Positions 33,523 to 38,970 of a stretch of DNA of 38,970 nucleotides are shown piece by piece. A program made the position numbers and the translations under genes. The notes under the pieces are model-generated. The model saw only the letters and a program-made list of their open reading frames with translations, was not told the DNA's origin and ran no database searches. The number at the start of each line of letters is the position of its first letter. Positions within the stretch are counted from its first letter, which is position 1. Source of the DNA: Candidatus Jorgensenbacteria bacterium GWA1_54_12 (lineage in GTDB: Bacteria > Patescibacteriota > Minisyncoccia > UBA6257 > GWB1-50-10); NCBI GenBank assembly GCA_001779505.1, contig MFKH01000010.1:63241-102210 (forward strand). The letters are read 5' to 3'.

Positions 33523-34566
33523 ATGTCTCACCCCCTTATCTCAAAAGCATTAACATGGTTTTTTGAGGAGCTCAATAACCGGAAGGTTCAATATGCCGTT
33601 TTACGGAAGGAAGAGCGCATTCCTGACGCCGCAGGAAACGATATCGACATACTGTTCGGCAAAGACAAATACTCTCAAGTGCGGGAAATGATCCGCGAGT
33701 GCGCCGATAAATTCGGCTTCAAAGTGTATGAACGGAGGGACGTTGAAGGGCTCTACTCCATTCTTTATACGTTCGTTGAGGGAAAGCTTGTTTTCTTCCG
33801 CCTTGACTGTGCGCACAAGATGAAAAACCCCGATGCCCTGCTTCGCGCTCGCACACAAAACGAGAAGGGCATATATTATCTCCCGCCGGGTCTTCATAAG
33901 AAGAAAAGCAAAAGCCGCTTCAAGAACCTCCTGACATATCCAGCGCGATTCCTCTTTCCGCCGGGGAAATTCATCGTTATCGTTGGTCCCGACGGCGTAG
34001 GCAAATCAACGACAGCCGAGCTTATGGCACAGCTCCTTGAAGCATTCCATATCCCCGTCGCGCACATGCATCTGGGATTCCGGCCCCGGATTCTGCCGAC
34101 GCGGAAGGGATTCGCGTCTTTTGGGAAAGAAAAACCGGCCCCGGGAGAGAAGTCAAAAACCCCGGGACTTGTGCGTTTCCTGTATCACGCACTGGACTAT
34201 CTTTTGGGCTACTTCCTAAAAATTCGCCCCCTGCTCATTAGGGGACGCCTCGTCATCGGGGAAAGATACTTCTACAATTATCTTGTTGACCCGCGACAGA
34301 AGAAAGAATTGAAGTTTCCCCCCTGGTTGCCACAGCTTGTGTACGCATTATTTATTCCAAAGCCGGACATGGTTATCCTGCTCTCAAACGACCCGGAGAC
34401 AATTTACAAAAGGAGACAGGAACATTCAATTGAAGAAATCAGCCGGCAGATTGGGAAATATCGGGCGATCGGCCAAAAAGCAGAGAGCTTTCTTGAGGTG
34501 AAGACCGATAAACCGGCGGAAGAAGTAGCTGTCAGCATAGTTAAGAAATTGACAGATGACCGATAG
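33523..34566 (+). CDS. two-domain protein: nucleotidyltransferase-fold-like N-terminus + dTMP-kinase-like P-loop domain
   Basis: N-terminal AAGNDIDILFGKD (NTase-like G-x-D-x-D) and a central Walker A, IVIVGPDGVGKST. Confidence 0.6.
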   Translation: MSHPLISKALTWFFEELNNRKVQYAVLRKEERIPDAAGNDIDILFGKDKYSQVREMIRECADKFGFKVYERRDVEGLYSILYTFVEGKLVFFRLDCAHKMKNPDALLRARTQNEKGIYYLPPGLHKKKSKSRFKNLLTYPARFLFPPGKFIVIVGPDGVGKSTTAELMAQLLEAFHIPVAHMHLGFRPRILPTRKGFASFGKEKPAPGEKSKTPGLVRFLYHALDYLLGYFLKIRPLLIRGRLVIGERYFYNYLVDPRQKKELKFPPWLPQLVYALFIPKPDMVILLSNDPETIYKRRQEHSIEEISRQIGKYRAIGQKAESFLEVKTDKPAEEVAVSIVKKLTDDR

Positions 34567-35749
34567 CAAGAAGTACAAACTGGCGATACTCATATCGCAT
34601 CCGATTCAATACCACACGCCGCTTTTTCAGGCGCTGGCAAGACATCCCGAGATAGACCTCACCGTTTATTACTGTTGGGATTTTGGCGTGAAAAAACAAT
34701 CGGCTGAACCTGAATTCGGCGTTGCATACGAGTGGGACATTCCGCTCCTTGAAGGGTATAAGTACAAGTTTCTAAAAAATTTAAGCCTTCGACCATCAGA
34801 AAAATTTTGGGGGCAGGTGAACCCGGACGTTATGAGGGAAATATGGAAAGAGCGATATGACGCCTTGTGGGTTCACGGATATTCGTTTTTCACCGATTGG
34901 CTCGCATTTCTCGCGGCGAAATTAAGAGGAACGCCGATTTTCATTCGCGGCATAACGCATCTTTTGGATAAGAAACCATGGCACATCCGCCTTATAAAGC
35001 GGCTTATGCTTTCGGTGCTATTCAAAGCATGCGCCGCATGCCTCTACATAGGAAAGCATAATAAAGATTATTACCAGCACTATGGCGTTCCCGAACGGAA
35101 GCTGTTTCTTGTGCCGCATGTCGTCGGAAACGACTTTTTCAGAAAGTTTTATGAGGAGCTGAAACCGCGCCGCGCCGAGATTCGAAAGGAATTCGGTTTT
35201 ACGGGCGACGACCCGGTCATCCTCTTCGCCGGAAAATTAATTCCCAAAAAGCGCCCCTTGTGGGTTCTTGAAGCATACCGGAAAGTCCGAGAGCAATATC
35301 CATGCAAAATGCTCTTCGCCGGAGAGGGACCGCTAAGAAAAGACATTGAGTCAGAGGTGAAAAAACATGGCATCCCCGACGTAGTCATTACGGGTTTTTT
35401 GAACCAGACGGAGATGCCGCGAGCGTATGTTTCCGGAGACATGCTTGTGCTCCCGTCGGCATACGGTGAAACGTGGGGACTTGTCGTAAATGAGGCAATG
35501 AATTTTGTTCTGCCTATAATCGTTTCAGATAAAGTAGGATGCGGACCCGATATGGTTAAGGAAGGGGAGAACGGATATATCATACGCTCTCCTGAAAAAC
35601 TGGCCGATGCGCTGCGCGAAATTGTTTCCGACGGTGAAAAGCGGCGCGAGTTTGGGAAGCGGTCGGCAGAACTGGTATCCATATGGAACGTGGAACAGGC
35701 CGTTCGGGGAGCATACGCCGCCTTACGGTCAATTTATGAATCCGTTTAG
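34556..35749 (+). CDS. family 4 (GT-B) glycosyltransferase
   Basis: LPSAYGETWGLVVNEAMNFVLPIIVSD (EX7E region) and FAGKLIPKKRP. Overlaps the upstream stop by 11 nt. Confidence 0.85.
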   Translation: MTDSKKYKLAILISHPIQYHTPLFQALARHPEIDLTVYYCWDFGVKKQSAEPEFGVAYEWDIPLLEGYKYKFLKNLSLRPSEKFWGQVNPDVMREIWKERYDALWVHGYSFFTDWLAFLAAKLRGTPIFIRGITHLLDKKPWHIRLIKRLMLSVLFKACAACLYIGKHNKDYYQHYGVPERKLFLVPHVVGNDFFRKFYEELKPRRAEIRKEFGFTGDDPVILFAGKLIPKKRPLWVLEAYRKVREQYPCKMLFAGEGPLRKDIESEVKKHGIPDVVITGFLNQTEMPRAYVSGDMLVLPSAYGETWGLVVNEAMNFVLPIIVSDKVGCGPDMVKEGENGYIIRSPEKLADALREIVSDGEKRREFGKRSAELVSIWNVEQAVRGAYAALRSIYESV

Positions 35750-36509
35750 CTTAAAAAATACAACTTTTCTCGGGAAGCTCGCGCGCCTTCCCCTGAAACT
35801 TATACCCCCACACGCTGTGGTTCGCATTCTGCAGGGAGCAGGACGGGGCCTGAAATGGATAAAGGGGAGCGGCAATAATTCCTACTGGCTCGGCACGTAC
35901 GAGGCAGACAAGCAGAAAGCAATCAAGGAAACGCTCAAGAAAGGAATGGTTTTTTATGACCTAGGGGCGCACGTTGGCATTTTCACCTTGCTGGCGGCAA
36001 CAACTGTTGGGGAAAGAGGGTTGGTAATTGCTTTTGAACCGTCCGAGAGGAACATCAGCTACCTTGAAAAACACATCATACTTAATGGATTCGGCAATAT
36101 TGCGGTCAAAAAAGGCGCGGTGGCGAAAAAGAGCGGCAGTACACGCTTTAAAGAAGGGGGAAGCAGTGCGGGTGGCCATATCTCCGACGGCGGGACGGTG
36201 GTTCGGACATATTCAATCGATGAATTGGTAGTGGGCGGATTGCGGAAACCGGACGTAGTGAAAATTGACGTGCAGGGAGCAACGCTCCTCGCACTTCAGG
36301 GGATGGAAAGAACTCTGAAAGAGGGGAATATAAAACTGTTTATTGCCATTGATAATACCCCCCGGGCAGGCATTGAACCATTTACCAAAAGAGATGTGCA
36401 TAATTTTCTGAAATCGGCGGGGTACACAACAGTGGGGATGAATGGAGAAAAAGTGCCGGATAGCGCGGTTGAAGAGGTGAATGAAATAATAGCATATAAG
36501 GCGAAATGA
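35736..36509 (+). CDS. FkbM-family methyltransferase
   Basis: FYDLGAHVGIFTLLAA and VKIDVQGATLLALQG. Start at ATG 35736 (MNPFSLKN). The 35607 extension lies inside the upstream GT gene. Confidence 0.8.
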   Translation: MNPFSLKNTTFLGKLARLPLKLIPPHAVVRILQGAGRGLKWIKGSGNNSYWLGTYEADKQKAIKETLKKGMVFYDLGAHVGIFTLLAATTVGERGLVIAFEPSERNISYLEKHIILNGFGNIAVKKGAVAKKSGSTRFKEGGSSAGGHISDGGTVVRTYSIDELVVGGLRKPDVVKIDVQGATLLALQGMERTLKEGNIKLFIAIDNTPRAGIEPFTKRDVHNFLKSAGYTTVGMNGEKVPDSAVEEVNEIIAYKAK

Positions 36510-37687
36510 ATTTTGAAGACTTTTTCGGGCAGGACACGTCAAGTGGAAAACGACTTGCTATTTTGAGCGGCGGATTCCCCGAAAACGGAGTTGCTGTTCC
36601 GTTGTTTTCACGGAGCGTTTTCAAAAGTGCTATGCGTGAGCTTGTAACATACAAGGGAAGGACGCCGCTCCGGAAACTTACGATACGCACAGTAGGAATT
36701 TTGGGCGGAGTTCTCGGAGGCGCGCCATTCAAAAAGAAATTCCATCTTGCAGATAAAGAGGATAGTTTTTTTGCCTTTCTGAAATCAAAACTTGGCGAAG
36801 ACGTGACGTGTTCAATATATGTTGGCTCAAGGAAGTTCATCCTGCCCACGTTCAGGGAAAAAGACGGAAAGCTCTTAGGTGTGGCGAAGGCATATTTCCC
36901 GGGTCGTGAGTCCGCCTACGGAGAAAACGAGGCACACATATTGGATGAGTTGAGTGAAATGCGCCTCGCTGGTTTCAGTTTCCCTCAAGTGCTTGCCAAA
37001 GATTATTTCAGAGGAGCGCTCGTCGTCATTCTCTCTTCTTTTCCAAATCTAAAAAATGCGAGGTCAATCACGGAGCGGCACACTGATTTTTTGAAGCAAC
37101 TCTCTGGGAAAACAGGTGCGAGAACCGCGTTTGCGGAGTCGGCGTTTCGAAAACAGATTGAAGGAGAAACCACCTTCCTGAAGTCGGAATTCCCGGGAGA
37201 TTTTCGACACGTGGAGCATTTCCGTAAAGATGCCGTCCGAAATCTTGAGGGCAAAGAATTTTTCTTTTCCCTCACGAAACGGGAATTTCCTTTTTTTGAG
37301 CTATTCACGTCACGCGCCGATAGCACAAGAACGGATGTTGTCATTGATTGGGAACATGCGCGACACGGTTTTCCTCCCATTTTTGACGTGTTCAGCCTGC
37401 TTATGAGTTCGGCAAGGTTCAAAAAAGGAGATTATACCGCGCTATACGAAAAGAACGTTATGGACCTTTTCTTTGGAAAAAACAAAAAAGCAAGAGGATT
37501 CTTGAGAAAGATGATGAATTTCTGGAATATAGCTCCGGAAGACGGGTATCATTTCTTTGTGCTTTATCTCATTGACCAGCTCTACTTGCATCGTCATGTT
37601 GGTCACCGTGCTTCGGCAGAAAGGATCACATCACTCTTTGAGCGTTTCGGCGCCGACGGTGCCCCGCAAAAATTATGGAAAATCTAA
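36506..37687 (+). CDS. APH/choline-kinase-like phosphotransferase-fold protein with divergent catalytic loop
   Basis: VVIDWEHARHGFPPIFD (IDWE...P..D signature), with GVAKAY and ENEAHILDEL upstream. ATGA overlap with the FkbM gene. Confidence 0.55.
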   Translation: MNFEDFFGQDTSSGKRLAILSGGFPENGVAVPLFSRSVFKSAMRELVTYKGRTPLRKLTIRTVGILGGVLGGAPFKKKFHLADKEDSFFAFLKSKLGEDVTCSIYVGSRKFILPTFREKDGKLLGVAKAYFPGRESAYGENEAHILDELSEMRLAGFSFPQVLAKDYFRGALVVILSSFPNLKNARSITERHTDFLKQLSGKTGARTAFAESAFRKQIEGETTFLKSEFPGDFRHVEHFRKDAVRNLEGKEFFFSLTKREFPFFELFTSRADSTRTDVVIDWEHARHGFPPIFDVFSLLMSSARFKKGDYTALYEKNVMDLFFGKNKKARGFLRKMMNFWNIAPEDGYHFFVLYLIDQLYLHRHVGHRASAERITSLFERFGADGAPQKLWKI

Positions 37688-38418
37688 TACTCCGCCTCTT
37701 CGGCTTCCTGCCGACAGTTCTTTTTGGCGACGCCGCCGTTTTTGACCGGTGGCTGTGGCTTAAGCGACACCTTGGACGAGGCAGGACGCTTGACGCCGGT
37801 TGCGGCTCGGGAGCGTTTGCCATATACGCCGCGAAGCGGGGGAATGAAGCTGTTGGCATATCGTTTGACGAAAGGAACAACAAAGTCGCCTCGGAACGGG
37901 CGAAACTTCTCGGTGTGCAAAACGTTTCGTTCCTCTCTCACGACCTGCGCCGCCTTGACGAACTGGCGGAGAAACTCGGGACCTTTGACCAGGCCATTTG
38001 TTTTGAAACGATAGAACACATAGTGAACGACAAAAAACTCCTCCGCGACATTCGAGGCATGCTGAACCCGGGCGGCGAACTGCTCCTCACTGCGCCGTAC
38101 ACGCATTACAAACGGATTATGGGAAATAAGATTTCCGAAGTTGAAAACGGCGACCATGTGCGCTGGGGATACACGCACGAGGAAATTGAATCGCTTTTGA
38201 AAGAAGCCGGGTTCGCGGTTAAAACTCGTGACTATGTAACGGGCGCAATTTCGCAGTGGCTTATCCTTCTCTATCGCGCCTTGTCGCGCGTGCTCCCGTA
38301 TCAAGCGGCATGGGCAGTGGTGCTTCCGTTTCGGCTCCTCACAGTGCTTGACCCCGTCGTTACGAAGCTTCTCCGTTACCCATATCTTTCAATCGCAATT
38401 GTCGCAGAGAGAAATTGA
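37675..38418 (+). CDS. class I SAM-dependent methyltransferase with hydrophobic C-terminal tail
   Basis: TLDAGCGSGAFAIYAA (motif I), FDQAICFETIEHI and LNPGGELLLTAP. Confidence 0.85.
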   Translation: MENLILRLFGFLPTVLFGDAAVFDRWLWLKRHLGRGRTLDAGCGSGAFAIYAAKRGNEAVGISFDERNNKVASERAKLLGVQNVSFLSHDLRRLDELAEKLGTFDQAICFETIEHIVNDKKLLRDIRGMLNPGGELLLTAPYTHYKRIMGNKISEVENGDHVRWGYTHEEIESLLKEAGFAVKTRDYVTGAISQWLILLYRALSRVLPYQAAWAVVLPFRLLTVLDPVVTKLLRYPYLSIAIVAERN

Positions 38419-38426
38419 TTAAGCAC

Positions 38427-38970
38427 ATGAAAGTCATTATTTCAGTCCCCGGCAAATTTCATGCGTTTGACCTCGGGCGCGAACTCATGAAGCGCAATTG
38501 CCTTGAAGAACTCATAACCGCGTTTCCGAAGCGCAAGGCGGGGGAGTACGGCATTCCGAGGGACAAAATCGTTTCCCTCATGGCGCCTGAAGCAATATTT
38601 CGCGTCTGGAGAAAATTGCCGCCGTTCATCCGGAGAATCTATAACCCGCACTACCTGGTGAGCAGTGTGTATGACGGTCTTGCGGCGAGGAATCTTCGTT
38701 CCGCCGACGTGTGCGTCGCTTGGGCGGGATATGCGCTGAAAACGCTTACGGAAGCGAAAAAGCGGGGCATGGCAGTCGTTTTGGAACGGGGAAGCTCTCA
38801 TATAGAGTATCAAACACGGATATTGAAAGAAGAGTACGAAACTTTTGGCGCGAACGTGCGCCTCGCTCACCCGAAAATCATTGAGAAAGAACTCCGGGAA
38901 TACGAAACAGCCGACCGCATAGCCGTGCCGTCGTCGTTTGTGAAGAAGACATTCATTGAAAAAGGAATCC
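38427..38970 (+). CDS. family 4 (GT-B) glycosyltransferase, 3'-truncated by the window edge
   Basis: My own translation from ATG 38427 stays open to the window end: MKVIISVPGKFHAFDLGREL...ADRIAVPSSFVKKTFIEKGI. The N-terminal GT4-type domain style is present. The ORF is not in the track because no stop is reached. Confidence 0.75.
   Translation, partial: MKVIISVPGKFHAFDLGRELMKRNCLEELITAFPKRKAGEYGIPRDKIVSLMAPEAIFRVWRKLPPFIRRIYNPHYLVSSVYDGLAARNLRSADVCVAWAGYALKTLTEAKKRGMAVVLERGSSHIEYQTRILKEEYETFGANVRLAHPKIIEKELREYETADRIAVPSSFVKKTFIEKGI

Noticed and set aside
1-38970. Alternative genetic code (UGA recoded as Gly or Trp, as in some candidate phyla).
   Set aside because: Long, well-conserved ORFs (cysteine desulfurase, transketolase-N, cupin, oxidoreductase and others) end at TGA exactly where the next gene starts (ATGA overlaps). 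No recognisable protein needs read-through of TGA. Standard code 11 fits.
1-38970. CRISPR arrays, IS elements or transposases, integrases, phage genes, toxin-antitoxin pairs and defence systems.
   Set aside because: No direct-repeat/spacer periodicity was seen, and there are no terminal inverted repeats flanking an ORF. No ORF has transposase, integrase or nuclease signatures that I could recognise.

Overview
This 39-kb window carries every gene I can support on the + strand, with standard code 11 (TGA works as a stop in seven ATGA start/stop overlaps) and weak Shine-Dalgarno signals. It looks like a compact genome of an uncultivated bacterium. A CPR/Patescibacteria-like origin is only a guess from gene style. 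I found no rRNA, tRNA, CRISPR array or mobile element.

Layout:
- 1-7070: housekeeping and envelope-stress block. It holds a secreted coiled-coil protein, two tandem small acidic membrane-anchored paralogs, a NifS/IscS-type cysteine desulfurase, an HtrA-PDZ protease, ClpB and a polytopic membrane protein.
- 7071-7463: a 393-nt non-coding region packed with stem-loops and a long-range 9-nt complementarity.
- 7464-10964: a 1166-aa Thr/Ser-rich secreted protein with an N-terminal peptidoglycan-binding module. It is closed by the only strong intrinsic terminator in the window (11003-11031).
- 11059-38970: 29 tightly packed or overlapping ORFs forming a glycan biosynthesis locus that runs off the right edge.

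The glycan locus contains:
- An O-antigen-ligase/PglL-type (Wzy_C) membrane enzyme and a TPR-like partner.
- Six recognisable glycosyltransferases (GT2 x2, GT4 x3, CgeB-like).
- Gmd abutted to a split transketolase.
- An orphan PDH-type E1 alpha/beta pair.
- Two nucleotide-sugar dehydrogenases: one lacks its C-terminal domain, the other is fused to an SDR.
- Three further SDR enzymes, two GNHYH cupins and a Gfo/Idh/MocA oxidoreductase.
- Five methyltransferases (three class I, two FkbM).
- Two kinase-like proteins, a beta-propeller protein and a second polytopic membrane protein.

Main hypothesis: this is an S-layer-type surface-protein glycosylation system. It would build a methylated glycan, possibly C-branched through ThDP-dependent steps, with WbdD-like terminal capping.

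All functional calls rest on motif recognition by eye. No database search was run.
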